A stretch of 64,000 nt of DNA, from positions 1,116,001 to 1,180,000 of the forward strand of contig VRMN01000004.1 of the NCBI GenBank assembly GCA_008690995.1, written 5' to 3'. Below, piece by piece: positions 22,087 through 32,561 of this stretch (within the stretch, counting starts at the first letter, position 1; each line of letters begins with the position of its first letter). The position numbers were made by a program, and so were the translations under genes. Source of the DNA: Porphyridium purpureum. Taxonomy: Eukaryota. A model generated the notes under the pieces. The model was not told where the DNA came from. It did no database searches and worked only from the letters and a program-made list of their open reading frames with translations.

Positions 22087-22758
22087 CGCCACACCGATCC
22101 AACCACAACCACCCTTCTTCCCTTCCCTCTCAACGCCCACACACTCCGGTCCACACCCCTTGCTCTCTAACTTCCACCTCACTCCCTCTCCTTCTCTCTC
22201 CCCCTTCGCCCTCTTCTCCACAACCCCACAACCCGAAACCGCTCCAACCGCTTTCGAAAACCCGCCACAACCACTAAAATCCCCTCAAAAAATCACCACA
22301 ACCAAACCCTACCCTAACGCCACCCGTTCCCCAATGGTCAACGTTATAGCGTTCGCGTCCTGGGTGGGTAAGTAGGGGGGCTGCTGTGATCGATACTGAA
22401 TACCGGATGATCTAGCTGCGCGGCGCTGAGATTCGTCGCGCGTCGGTTTGTAGTGTCGTTGCCGTCGTTTGCGCGTCTCGATCGTCCCCCGAGTCTTCTT
22501 GTCGCTGTGGGGATTCTTCAGTCCCTGGATCCTCTCTCGTATTGCCGTGCGGCGGGTTTACGGCGTCATTGAACGTGCGGCTTCCACGTGTCTATACGCG
22601 CGTGTGTTTTTGTATACAGGGCTGTTCGATCAGATACTGCGGTGTGGGCGCGTGTAACGGTAGCTCAAAGAAAGAGCCGTAGGGTTTCTCCGTTAAGAGG
22701 CGTTCGGTGGGGGTACAGTGGAAACTGGGTTGGTGGTTATTGGGGGACATGCAGAAGG

Positions 22759-23060
22759 CGTGGGTTTTCTGTTAACGATCAACGAAGAACCCTTTTACTA
22801 TTCCCCTTCCCTTACCTTCTCTCTTTTCTTCTAGGCTTATCCGTCTGCCATCTCTGCGCGACCGCACCCACTATATAGACGCCCGCCGGGTCCTTGTTGA
22901 TGCAATCTGACCACATCGAGTCACGTCACATCGGCATCCGGCGGGACGCTAGTCGAGTCACATCGCATTACACCCGCTGAATCCCCGTCACGACGTCCCG
23001 GTACGTTCGCACTCGCCCTTCCGCACGCCCATCGACGAGTGGGACGGGCAACTTTCCACG
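22759..23060 (-). repeat. 3' LTR of outer element
   Basis: Direct repeat of 33335-33636; termini CGTGG...CCACG; CTATATAG TATA-like box near 22871. Confidence 0.95.
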
Positions 23061-23410
23061 CGCCCCGTGCACGTCTCGCTCTCGATCGTTGGAAGCGCCC
23101 TTCCTAAGGTTGGCAATAGCACGTGTAAATGCCACTCGTTCCATCGGCTTCGTGAAGATGTCTGCGCAATTCGATATTCCGGGGACAGACACGAGGTTCG
23201 AGTCTTCTCCATCAAAAGCGTCCGAGAGGGTGGCTACAGTGACGCCGTGTGTCTTCCCGAGACTTGCCATCTTGGCGGAGTATCCTCGTCGAACGGCCTT
23301 CACCGCTGCTTCGCTGTCGCAACACACAGCGAGCGGTACGCGCGTTCCAACGAGCCCTCGGATTACAACTTCGGCGTTAGGAATCGTAGTTCGCATGATC
23401 CTGCCAAGGG
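22968..23410 (-). CDS. C-terminal half of the copia-type RNase H of outer pol, split off by the nested insertion
   Basis: CDSEAAV and NCADIFTKPM motifs. Joins in frame to ...LSTAEAELT|ALGRIMRTT when the inner element and one TSD copy are removed. Confidence 0.9.
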
Positions 23411-23415
23411 CGGTG

Positions 23416-23716
23416 TGTTATCCGTTCGACCCCAGTCACCTAGAACGGTTCGGTTAATCCGAAACCGGTAAGCCGTTAAACCGGTAGACCGTTTAACCGT
23501 TTCTAGAAGCTTCTAGAGGTTCCAGAACCTTCTAGACGCGCGCAGAAATGCCAATGGTTTGCATTGTCATTTCTCTTGGCGCCTTGCTGTCCCTGGCGGA
23601 AGTAAGGGTATAAAAAGGCGACGCGCCTGCCCGGACTAGCCGGTCAGGTCTTGCTCGGAGAGAGAAGAGGTAAGAAGAAGACGCAGAGAGTAAAAAAAGG
23701 CACAGCATTGGTAACA
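23416..23716 (+). repeat. 5' LTR of inner gypsy element
   Basis: Matches 28588-28888; TATAAAAA near 23609; palindrome TCTAGAAGCTTCTAGA. Confidence 0.97.
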
Positions 23717-23718
23717 TT

Positions 23719-23735
23719 TGGTATCATCGCTGGTT
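23719..23735 (+). promoter_or_regulatory. Primer binding site of inner element (tRNA-iMet-like)
   Basis: TGGTATCATCGCTGGTT begins 2 nt after the LTR end; TGGTATCA is the classical iMet PBS start. Confidence 0.85.
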
Positions 23736-24284
23736 ACCTGGGGTTGCTCTAAGGTTCTCTTAGAGTTTCTCTGGGGTTGCCTGGGTGGGAGAGTCTGCGG
23801 GTAAGGGGGTTCGAGTAAGTCGATCCGGAGGGTGCGACGGGTGGAAGCGGGTCTCAGTCTTGGCTGTACGATAGGCCTAGGCCTTGACGGCGGACTCGCT
23901 CTCTGCCTTAGCACGTATTAGTAGGCAAGAGCCGTAACGGTCAGCCTTCACTAGGATTCATCTTAGTGTCGCACGACCACCTTTGCGAAGGTAGGCGCCG
24001 AACACCTCCATACAAGATCGCATCTATAATCCCCGCCCCAGTGCAAAGGCCCGGGCCGCTCCCCATCCAGCGCAACAGAGGAGGATTGCTGTGTGCTTTG
24101 TTGTGTGTGCGTGAGCGGATTGCTGTGCGTGTGTGTGAGTGAGAGGACTGCTTCGTGTGTCGGTTCGTGTTCGTGAGGGCAATCGAAGCCCGTTCGTGTT
24201 GCGCGCAGCTGTTCGAGAGTGTGAGCAGCGGAGACTCGCTGTTTGTGTCGTTGTCGTCGTTGAGTGTGCTTGTTTCCAGAAAGC

Positions 24285-25091
24285 ATGGAGATTGATTCGG
24301 AGACGCTGGGACCACGTGGCCCGAAGGAGGCCCGTCTGATGAGGTTCGACGGGAAGAGGGACCTTCTGGTTGTGAAGACGTGGTTGTTCCAGGCGAGAAA
24401 GAAGATCTTGGGCCGGCTGTTGGAGAGCATCCACCCGGACGATTTGGAGAAACGTCTGCTTGCGGAGAGGCGTGCTGTGGACTTGGCATCAGACTACTTC
24501 GAGGGAGAGGCGCTTCATTGGTGGGTTCTAAACTGCGAACGCTACCCGCAGGAGATCCCCACGACGTGGAATGATTTTGCTGCCCTCGTCAGTGCTCGGT
24601 TCACGCCGCAGGATTCGATCAGGCGTGCAAGGGACAAGTTGACGCGTCTTTCGCAGAAAGGCCCGGCCCATGCGTATGTGGCGGCTTTTCAGGACGCGGC
24701 ACTTGTGATTCCGGACTTGTCGGACGCAGAAATGATGGACCGCTTTGTGAGGGGTCTGAAGCCCGAGGTCCGCTTGGAAGTGTACAAGCGAGGAGTGAGT
24801 ACGTTCGCGGAGGCTGCGCAGGTGGCGGTGGTCGTGGATGACGCCATTCATGCGACTCGCGGCGTGCGTGATTCAAGTGTGAGGACGCCATTTTTCGGTC
24901 GCGCAGCGCAGGAAGGACCCGTCCCGATGGAGCTGGGACATGTGCAGGGTCAGAGGCGTGCTCGTACCGAGGTCATGTGCTGGAATTGTGGAAAGCTGGG
25001 ACACATCGCCAGGAAGTGTCCCGAGGCAAGGAAGACTATCCAGCAGCTGGAAGGAGACTCGCCGGAGTCAAAAAACGAGGAGCTCGAGTAG
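24285..25091 (+). CDS. gag: Gag of inner gypsy element
   Basis: Ty3-type capsid (YFEGEALHWW...RFVRGLKPEV), PMELG and the CWNCGKLGHIARKC knuckle. Confidence 0.92.
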   Translation: MEIDSETLGPRGPKEARLMRFDGKRDLLVVKTWLFQARKKILGRLLESIHPDDLEKRLLAERRAVDLASDYFEGEALHWWVLNCERYPQEIPTTWNDFAALVSARFTPQDSIRRARDKLTRLSQKGPAHAYVAAFQDAALVIPDLSDAEMMDRFVRGLKPEVRLEVYKRGVSTFAEAAQVAVVVDDAIHATRGVRDSSVRTPFFGRAAQEGPVPMELGHVQGQRRARTEVMCWNCGKLGHIARKCPEARKTIQQLEGDSPESKNEELE

Positions 25092-28000
25092 AGAGGTTCC
25101 TCGGACAGTCAGAGGGAAAGGAGGCTCGCAGACGTTACGAGACCTCTAGGGGCGGCAATGAAGACCGCTGTGGTGGCCTTGGTAAGCCAAGGTCTGGCTG
25201 TCCGACACCTTGTGGGCGAAACTCGAGCGCAAATCAGCCCGTGATCAAGGAACTTGGAGGAATGGGAGCTGCCATGCTTCTTCGAGTTCGAGGAAAAGTG
25301 CACAAGTCCGACGGAGAGGCCACGTTTTTGATCGACAGTGGCGCGACGGACAACTTTATGAGCGTGGACTTTGTGCTGAAATCCGACGGCCTGAAGCAGA
25401 AGGCGTCGTGGAAGAGAGATCATGTGACCCTGGCAGACGGGTCTGTATTGGAGACAGCCGGAGAAGTTTCCAATGTCAAGTTTACACTGAGCGATGGGTA
25501 CTCAGGAACCGCTAACTTTGCCATTTGCCGGATCGCGGGACAAGACGCAATTCTGGGCATGGAGTGGCTGAAGCGGGAGAACCCAGTGATTGATTGGCAG
25601 TCTGGCATGTTGGCCTACGGAGAGAAGAGGGCCTGGAGCATGACGCAGATGCTGGTGCCGCGGAAAGAGCTCCGTCGGCTGTTGAAGAGTCAGGAGGTAG
25701 AAGAGTGCTACCTCGGCGTGCTGAAAGGAAGGGAAGAGCCCTGTTCAGTGGAGCGCAAAGAAGCTGACTCTGTGAAGAAGATGCTCAATGATTTCGAAAA
25801 TCTGTTCGAGGAGCCGCGAGGGCTGCCTGAGAGCCGAACAGTGGAGCATGTGATTAGGCTGAAAGATGAAAAGCCTGTGAGAGTGGGCAGGGTCTACCGA
25901 CTGAGCCCTGCGGAGTTGAAAGTCCTCCGAGAGACTTTGGATGACTTGCTGGACAAAGGATTCGTCCAGCCGAGTCAGAGCCCGTTTGGAGCACCCGTGC
26001 TGCTCGTGAAGAAGAAAGACGGCAGCATGAGGATGTGCGTCGATTATCGGGCGTTGAACGACGCAACTGTGAAGGACCGGTATCCGTTGCCAAACATGGA
26101 TGAGTTGCTGGATCGACTGGGCGCAGCTCATTGTTTTTCAAAGTTGGATTTGGCATCGGGATACCACCAGTTGCGTGTTCGGAGAGAGGACGTGCCGAAG
26201 ACCGCGTTCCAGACCAGGTACGGACAGTTCGAGTTCCGTGTGATGCCGTTTGGTCTTTGCAACGCGCCGGCAACTTTTCAGAGGGCCATGAACGAGCTGT
26301 TTGCAGATCTGCTGGACAAGACCGTCATTGTCTACTTGGACGATATTTTGGTCTTTACCAAGGATAGGCAGTCGCATGCTGAGGTCCTGAAGGAAGTGTT
26401 GTCGCGCTTGCAAAAGGCGGGGTATCGTTTGAAGCGCAAGAAGTGCAGCTTCTTCGTTTCTGAAGTCGAATACCTGGGGAACATTGTGGGAAACGGTTGC
26501 GTGAAGATGGATCCACGGAAGGTGGAAGCTTTGAGAGATTGGCCAGTGCCAAAGACGGTGACAGAGTTGAGATCCTTTTTGGGAATGACAAACTGGTTTC
26601 GCAGGTTTGTCAAAGGATACTCTACCGTCGTGGCGCCGCTGACTTCGCTGTTGCAGAACGCAAAGTCGAAGAAGCAGCTGATCGAACTGGGGGATGAAGG
26701 CAAGTCGGCCTTCAAGAAGATTGTCGGGATGTTGACGGAAGCGCCGGTGTTGGCCTTGCCAGACCCTGAAAAGCCATTTGAGGTGTACACGGACCGCTCT
26801 GAAGTCGCGGTGGGGGGATGGCTGGCACAGGAAGGCAGACCGGTCGCGTTTACGTCAAGGAAGCTGCTGGACCGAGAGACCAGGTACAGCAGTTATGAAG
26901 GTGAGCTCATGGCCGTCATTCACTGTCTGCGAGAGTTTCGACCTTATCTATACGGAGCAAAGTTTGTGCTGCATACAGATCATGAGGCGTTGAAACATTT
27001 GATGACGCAGAAGGAGCTGAATGGCCGGCAAGCACGGTGGCTGGACTTTTTAGCCGAGTTTGATATCATAATCGACTATGTGAAGGGAAAGTCGAACGTG
27101 GTAGCCGATGCTTTGTCGAGGAAGCCAGAGTTACATGCGCTAGAGTACCAGGTTCGATGTGATGAATTTGGTACGAGTTTCCAAGCATTCGTGGGTTCGT
27201 ACTCGAGTGACCCAGACTTTGGTACTTTGATGGGTAATTTACCGACCCACCAGGGTTTTCGAACCGAAGCTGGGCTCTTGTACTTGAGGAATCGCGTTTG
27301 CGTGCCGAGGAAGTTCAGAGAGCGTGTCATGCAACTCCACCACGATATCCCGACAGCAGGACACCGTGGGGCAGACACGACGTATGCATCTTTGATCACT
27401 CGCTTCTACTGGCCAAAGATGAAGCGAGACGTGAGCCGTTTTGTGAAGACTTGTCATGCATGCCAAGTGACAAAGTCAGAGAATCGGTCGTTTGGAAAGC
27501 TGAAGCCCTTGTCGATCCCAGAAGGACCTTGGGTCGACATCTCGATGGACTTCGTGACGGAGCTGCCTCGGAGCGAAGGCAGCTGTGATGCAATCATGAC
27601 TGTGGTGGATCGCTATTCGAAGATGGCGCTGTTTATCCCGACGCGCAAGGACTTGACAGCAAAGCGTTGCGCTGACTTGTTCGTGAAGCACGTCGTGAGC
27701 CGCTTCGGATACCCCAAGTCGATTGTATCGGACCGAGATCCGCTGTTTACGTCAACATTTTGGCAGCAGCTGAGCAAGCGGGTGGGCATGAAGTTGGCAA
27801 TGTCTACCGCCAACCACCCGCAGACAGATGGCCAAACTGAGCGAGTGAACCGCGTGATTCGGGAAATGCTCAAGTTAATGGCGACGAATAGTGGCTGGGT
27901 GCGAGACTTGCCGTTGTACGAGTTTGCGTACAACTCTGCACCAAGCAGTGCCACTGGATTCGCGCCGTTCAAAGTGGTATATGGAAGGGATCCTTGGTTT

Positions 28001-28468
28001 CCACCGAGCGAAGGGTGGAGGCCTGCGCGCGACGGACAGACAAAGGACATGGCGGAGCACTGGTTTCGCCTGTGCAAAGTCCATGAAGAAGTCCGCGACA
28101 ATTTGATCGAAGCCCAGGGGAGAATGCAGAAGTTCTTCGATCGACGCAAGGATGCCCGGGAGTTTCAAGTTGGTGATCAAGTGTTGGTCACGGCGCCGCA
28201 ACTGCGGCCGAACAAGAGTGATTTGGAGGCACCAAAGTTTCTTGGTCCGGTGCCTGTCATTGAGAAGGTAAGCTCGCATGCTTACCGAGTGGTTTTGCCT
28301 GAGGGTGTGGCTTGTCATGATGTTTTTCCGATCCAACATCTGAAGCCATACTATGGACGCGAAGACTACATGGCAGGGGAAAATGATGAAGAAGTACCCG
28401 ACGAAATGCCGGCGTCCGATTCTGAGCCAGACTTGTTGAAAATTATCGAAGAGTCTGACTCTGAATGA
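25070..28468 (+). CDS. pol: Pol of inner gypsy element (PR-RT-RH-INT), in the -1 frame relative to gag
   Basis: LIDSGAT protease, RMCVDYRALN and YLDD RT, TDHEAL/ADALSR RNase H, HHCC plus SMDF..SDRD..ERVN integrase; A AAA AAC slip site at 25070-25076. Confidence 0.95.
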   Translation, partial: KKRGARVERFLGQSEGKEARRRYETSRGGNEDRCGGLGKPRSGCPTPCGRNSSANQPVIKELGGMGAAMLLRVRGKVHKSDGEATFLIDSGATDNFMSVDFVLKSDGLKQKASWKRDHVTLADGSVLETAGEVSNVKFTLSDGYSGTANFAICRIAGQDAILGMEWLKRENPVIDWQSGMLAYGEKRAWSMTQMLVPRKELRRLLKSQEVEECYLGVLKGREEPCSVERKEADSVKKMLNDFENLFEEPRGLPESRTVEHVIRLKDEKPVRVGRVYRLSPAELKVLRETLDDLLDKGFVQPSQSPFGAPVLLVKKKDGSMRMCVDYRALNDATVKDRYPLPNMDELLDRLGAAHCFSKLDLASGYHQLRVRREDVPKTAFQTRYGQFEFRVMPFGLCNAPATFQRAMNELFADLLDKTVIVYLDDILVFTKDRQSHAEVLKEVLSRLQKAGYRLKRKKCSFFVSEVEYLGNIVGNGCVKMDPRKVEALRDWPVPKTVTELRSFLGMTNWFRRFVKGYSTVVAPLTSLLQNAKSKKQLIELGDEGKSAFKKIVGMLTEAPVLALPDPEKPFEVYTDRSEVAVGGWLAQEGRPVAFTSRKLLDRETRYSSYEGELMAVIHCLREFRPYLYGAKFVLHTDHEALKHLMTQKELNGRQARWLDFLAEFDIIIDYVKGKSNVVADALSRKPELHALEYQVRCDEFGTSFQAFVGSYSSDPDFGTLMGNLPTHQGFRTEAGLLYLRNRVCVPRKFRERVMQLHHDIPTAGHRGADTTYASLITRFYWPKMKRDVSRFVKTCHACQVTKSENRSFGKLKPLSIPEGPWVDISMDFVTELPRSEGSCDAIMTVVDRYSKMALFIPTRKDLTAKRCADLFVKHVVSRFGYPKSIVSDRDPLFTSTFWQQLSKRVGMKLAMSTANHPQTDGQTERVNRVIREMLKLMATNSGWVRDLPLYEFAYNSAPSSATGFAPFKVVYGRDPWFPPSEGWRPARDGQTKDMAEHWFRLCKVHEEVRDNLIEAQGRMQKFFDRRKDAREFQVGDQVLVTAPQLRPNKSDLEAPKFLGPVPVIEKVSSHAYRVVLPEGVACHDVFPIQHLKPYYGREDYMAGENDEEVPDEMPASDSEPDLLKIIEESDSE

Positions 28469-28573
28469 CTTGGGAATTGTGAGAAGTTTGCTAGGCAGAG
28501 GTTTTCTCCCGGAGCGCGGGTTCCTCGAGCCAAGAATGCAACTTAGTTTGAAGTCTCGCCGAGACGTCGAGCC

Positions 28574-28587
28574 AAGAGGGGGGGAGA
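28574..28587 (+). promoter_or_regulatory. Polypurine tract of inner element
   Basis: All-purine AAGA-G-run-AGA tract abutting the 3' LTR TG at 28588. Confidence 0.9.
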
Positions 28588-28888
28588 TGTTATCCGTTCG
28601 ACCCCAGTCACCTAGAACGGTTCGGTTAATCCGAAACCGGTAAGCCGTTAAACCGGTAGACCGTTTAACCGTTTCTAGAAGCTTCTAGAGGTTCCAGAAC
28701 CTTCTAGACGCGCGCAGAAATGCCAATGGTTTGCATTGTCATTTCTCTTGGCGCCTTGCTGTCCCTGGCGGAAGTAAGGGTATAAAAAGGCGACGCGCCT
28801 GCCCGGACTAGCCGGTCAGGTCTTGCTCGGAGAGAGAAGAGGTAAGAAGAAGACGCAGAGAGTAAAAAAAGGCACAGCATTGGTAACA
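28588..28888 (+). repeat. 3' LTR of inner gypsy element
   Basis: Matches 23416-23716. Confidence 0.97.
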
Positions 28889-31800
28889 CGGTGAGTTCCG
28901 CCTCCGCGGTGGATAATACCGAGGCCCGTTGTGCTTTCGAAAACCAATCTACCAAGTAGTTCTCTTCTCCGTTTGAGAAGTATACGCAACCGCCGGAAGT
29001 TGACCGCCGCGTCGCGGGACAGCCTGCATGGTCGCTATCTGAAAAGGCGACTATTCGTACCTGATCTCCCAGGCGCCCCGCGCTGCCGTATTCCAAGACA
29101 CTATCCTGGCTCCCGTGCACGTACCGCACGATTCGGTCGAGAATCGCCGATGCTGCCTTGCTCCACTTGTCCACAAAGCGCGAGACATATGCGACCGAGT
29201 ATGCTATTTCGGGCTTTACCGTGCGTGCGAGCCACATTAGGCGTCCGACGTGTTGCCGGCAAGTCGTACTGACTTCCGCTTCGTCGTAGAGCGCCGCCTC
29301 TGGAAATACCATGGGGGTTGCCGCATCGCGCGTGCCCCTCGTCCTCACAGTCGAGTCGCGCTCGTACTCATCTATAATGGTCTTTGCGTAGTCCGTACCA
29401 TCAATCTTTACCCTTCCGTTCGTTCTGGAAATCCGCATGCCAAGGTGAAGGACCGGGCTCTCGCCGAGCCACTGCGGTTGCTCGTCGATCACGAATTCTT
29501 GATATAACTCACTCATGGCATTCCGTGCCTCGTCTTTCCGCCCCGCTAAGACCACGTCGTCAACGTACATTACCAAGACGAGTCCTGCCGCGTTCCCCTC
29601 GAGGCTTCTACGGATATACACTCCTGCTGTGACCTCCACCCATCCGAGACGCAACAAGCGACTACGAGCTTCGCGCGCGAAGTCCGCTCCCGCTCTCGGT
29701 AATCCGTACATTGCCTTGCGGAGATGATGGGCGGTGCCCGTCTTCCCGCCTGCCTCGCTGGGAAGGATTACATACACCGGTCCCCCGCTGCACTCGGCCT
29801 GCAGGTAGGCGCTGGTGATGTCAACAAAGCCCACTTCTAATTCGTTCATCTGCGCCCACGCCAGCACGATCCTTAGCGCAGCTAAAGATGCCGGCGCCTC
29901 GTAGGGAACGGTAAGAGACACTGGGACCCCCGTCATGTCCGTAATGCGATCCCCCCCGGCCACGAGCCTTGCCTTGATCTTGCGCTCCTCAACAGGACGC
30001 TCCGTGTGCTTTTCGGCTACCACCATGTGCGCCCTTACAATAAGTCCCTCGGTAATGGAGTTCAGAGTGACCGGTTCCGGATCCCACACGCCGAAGCGCC
30101 GCATTTGCCCGAGCTCATTCTCAATGGCCTCAGCTGCCCTTCCATCCGTGGTGGCTTCTCGTCTGCTCATTACCCTGGTAACATTTATGGTCACGGAAGG
30201 AAAGCGCGCCGCTATTCGGGCCGAGCGACGGGCGTTCTTCTTTGTACGCCTGATTTCTTTGCCCTCCTTAGCCGCCCGCCGCGCCGCGACCTCCTGGCTT
30301 AGCTGCTTTTCCCGCTCGTCGATGGCCTTCAGGCGTTCCGTGATTGCTTCAACCCTCGCTTTGATTCCCGTCTCTTCCGACGCGACGTTGTCGCGCTGTG
30401 CGACTGCCAAATCCCCGTCCGGATCGTACGCGATCACCTTTTCCATTTCTGCGAGCGGTTCTGCGCCCGGCACGCGCATGGTGAAGTCTTTGAATACTCT
30501 GAAATCTCTTGTCCACGTCGTCGCTCCAGACCCTGTCTCGAGAACTTCGAGGGCGGCGGGGTGGTCCCGAGCCCCGACGACCACTCCCTCGCGCGTGGTA
30601 GGAGCGAACTTGTTGGCTACGTCGTCCACTTTATAGACCACCCGCGATCCGAATGGAGCCATCAGCCATGGCTTGCCGCTCTCGACCCATCCCTGTCCGT
30701 ATCTGCGCTCAAAGGGAGTTAGTCCGTCCCTACCCAGGTGCACCCGATTGTACCAGAACGCGAAGAATTTGGCTGCTCTGAAAAACCAGACGACGTGCAA
30801 ACCCGATTGCCATAAGAGGCAACGAATGACGGCATTCAACGTGTGGTGCAGTCTTTCCAGTCGCGCGTGTCCGTTCGGTCTATGAGGGATGCAGAGGGTA
30901 TGTTCAACGTTCCTCTCGCGCAGAACGCGCGCGAACGCGCCCCTAAACTCGCTGCCCGAATCTGTGCGCATCCGTTTCGGCCAATCTCTCCCAGCTTGGC
31001 ACTCGACAAGCGCCTCGCGGCAGGCCAGGGCAGTCTTATCGACGACTCCCGCGACTTCTATCCACCCCGTGTGCTCGTCGACATGTGTCAGGATGTATCG
31101 ATATCCTTCCCGCGAACGGACCTTGGCGCCGGCGTCGACCAGGTCCACCCCTATTTCTTCGTCAAAGCGTGCAGCGACCCCAGGTGCTCGCGCGTGCGCG
31201 TCGACATCAATTCGGTAAGACGGCCGCATTTTCAGCTTCGCCCTTGTACAAACCTCGCACGACGTGCGAGCAGGCATGTGCAGGAGCGCGTGTCCGTCGG
31301 GCACATTTGAAACTGTGGTGCCAAGGGCGAGACGATCGACCCATGTCATTGCGCGTCGAATACCTCGTATCGCATTTGGCGCTCCATCGTCGCTTGAACT
31401 TGACGCTATGTCGCCGGTTTGTGCCTCCCCCGGCGAATCAGGTTCTGGGATCAGGCTACAGTCTCCGGAAGGGTATGCGGTTTCCTTCAACGCACTGCCG
31501 CCATGCCGCGACCCGATTTTACTCCTGACTAGCGAGTCTTGCGCAGGGTCCGTGTTGCTCCTCGCCTTCGTTTTGCCCATCACTTGGTCCCTTCCTCGCG
31601 TCCGTACCTCCGTTTCGCGGCACTCAGCCGACTTCGCCAACGGGGTGCCTTTGCATGCTTGGTTCGAATGGACCTCGACATTCGCCCCCATGTTCGGCCT
31701 ATCTGTTTCGCAATCTACGCGCTCCGGGCTCATATTCCCGTTCTCGTAACCGTTCGCTCCTGTCGAGCATGCGTTGGAGCTCCCCGCGCTCTCTTCATCG

Positions 31801-32561
31801 CTCAGCCCTGATGACTTTCCGACGTTCTTTTCATGCACGCGCCCCGCGCTTGTGTCTCGGTTCACGCATGGCCCGTCCACATGTACGCTCGAGCGCCCCG
31901 CGCTCCGTCCTTGATTTCGCGGCTGCGGATTGACAGAGCTTGCTTCCACGTGCCCTGCGCTCCCGTTCTGCTCTCTGCCCGGCCCAGCCGTTCGTCCGCT
32001 CGTGCGCCCTGCGCTCCCGTTCTGCTCTCTGCCCGGCCCAGCCGTTCCTCCGCTCGTGCGCCCTGCGCTCTCGTTCTGCTCTCTGCCCGGCCCAGCCGTT
32101 CCTCCGCTCGTGCGCCCTGCGCTCCCGTTCTGCTCCTTGTCCCTTTTCAAGTTCATATCTTCCCGCTTACGCATGAAAATGCTCCCGTCCTCGTAATCAA
32201 TGACCATCCCAGTACGCGTCAGGAACTCCATACCGATGACGAGGTCGGTCATCAGTGCCGGACATACAATCGCACGGCAGCGACGTGACCCGATGCCGTT
32301 CAGCTCCAAATGACCGAGAAGGCTCCCGACAACATTAGTCTTGCGCCCGTCGGCAAGGACGGCCTGAAGTCCCGGTGTCGCTTCGCAAAATGATAATAAC
32401 CCTGAATGGCGCACCCATGCCTTATCCACAAAGACATGTGTGGCGCCACAGTCTACGATTGCCATCGCACGTTTCCCGCAGAAGCGAACGTGCAACGTCA
32501 GAAGTTCTGACGGCTCCCGCGCCGACACCTGCCCTAGTCTCGGCGCGGGGCGCCTTTTCCC
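28889..32561 (-). CDS. pol: Pol of outer element: protease, spacer, integrase, copia-type RT and N-terminal RNase H
   Basis: AIVDCGATH protease; HALLHMPARTSCEVC and VDL..TDSGSEF..ERL integrase; RT motifs KARLVAGG, DITSAYLQ, KAMYGL, YVDD; RNase H FSDSDHAG..RRSTSG..LSTAEAEL. Confidence 0.93.
31952..32134 (-). repeat. 54-bp coding tandem repeat (about 3.4 copies) in the outer pol spacer
   Basis: Encodes EQNGSAGRTSGGTAGPGR three times plus EQNGSAG. Confidence 0.9.
32516..32561 (-). promoter_or_regulatory. Predicted -1 ribosomal frameshift signal of outer element
   Basis: G GGA AAA in gag frame (32561-32555), a 5-nt spacer, then a perfect 10-bp stem CCCGCGCCGA/TCGGCGCGGG; the -1 frame is pol. 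Confidence 0.8.

Larger units (their letters stand above)
23416..28888 (+). mobile_element. Inner, apparently intact Ty3/gypsy LTR retrotransposon
   Basis: 301-bp LTRs (TGTTA...TAACA) with no difference seen by eye; TSD CGGTG at 23411-23415 and 28889-28893; PBS at 23719; PPT at 28574-28587; gag plus PR-RT-RH-INT. Confidence 0.97.

Noticed and set aside
28470..28573. Possible chromodomain or env ORF after the inner integrase
   Set aside because: Only about 100 bp separate the pol stop from the PPT, with no such motif.
28704..28888. C-terminal 61 aa of the 1363-aa ORF, also seen as ORF 23532-23717
   Set aside because: Read-through into the antisense strand of the inserted gypsy LTR; not part of the real pol.
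31952..32134. Regularly spaced repeats as a possible CRISPR array
   Set aside because: No unique spacers; an in-frame coding tandem repeat in a eukaryotic retrotransposon.
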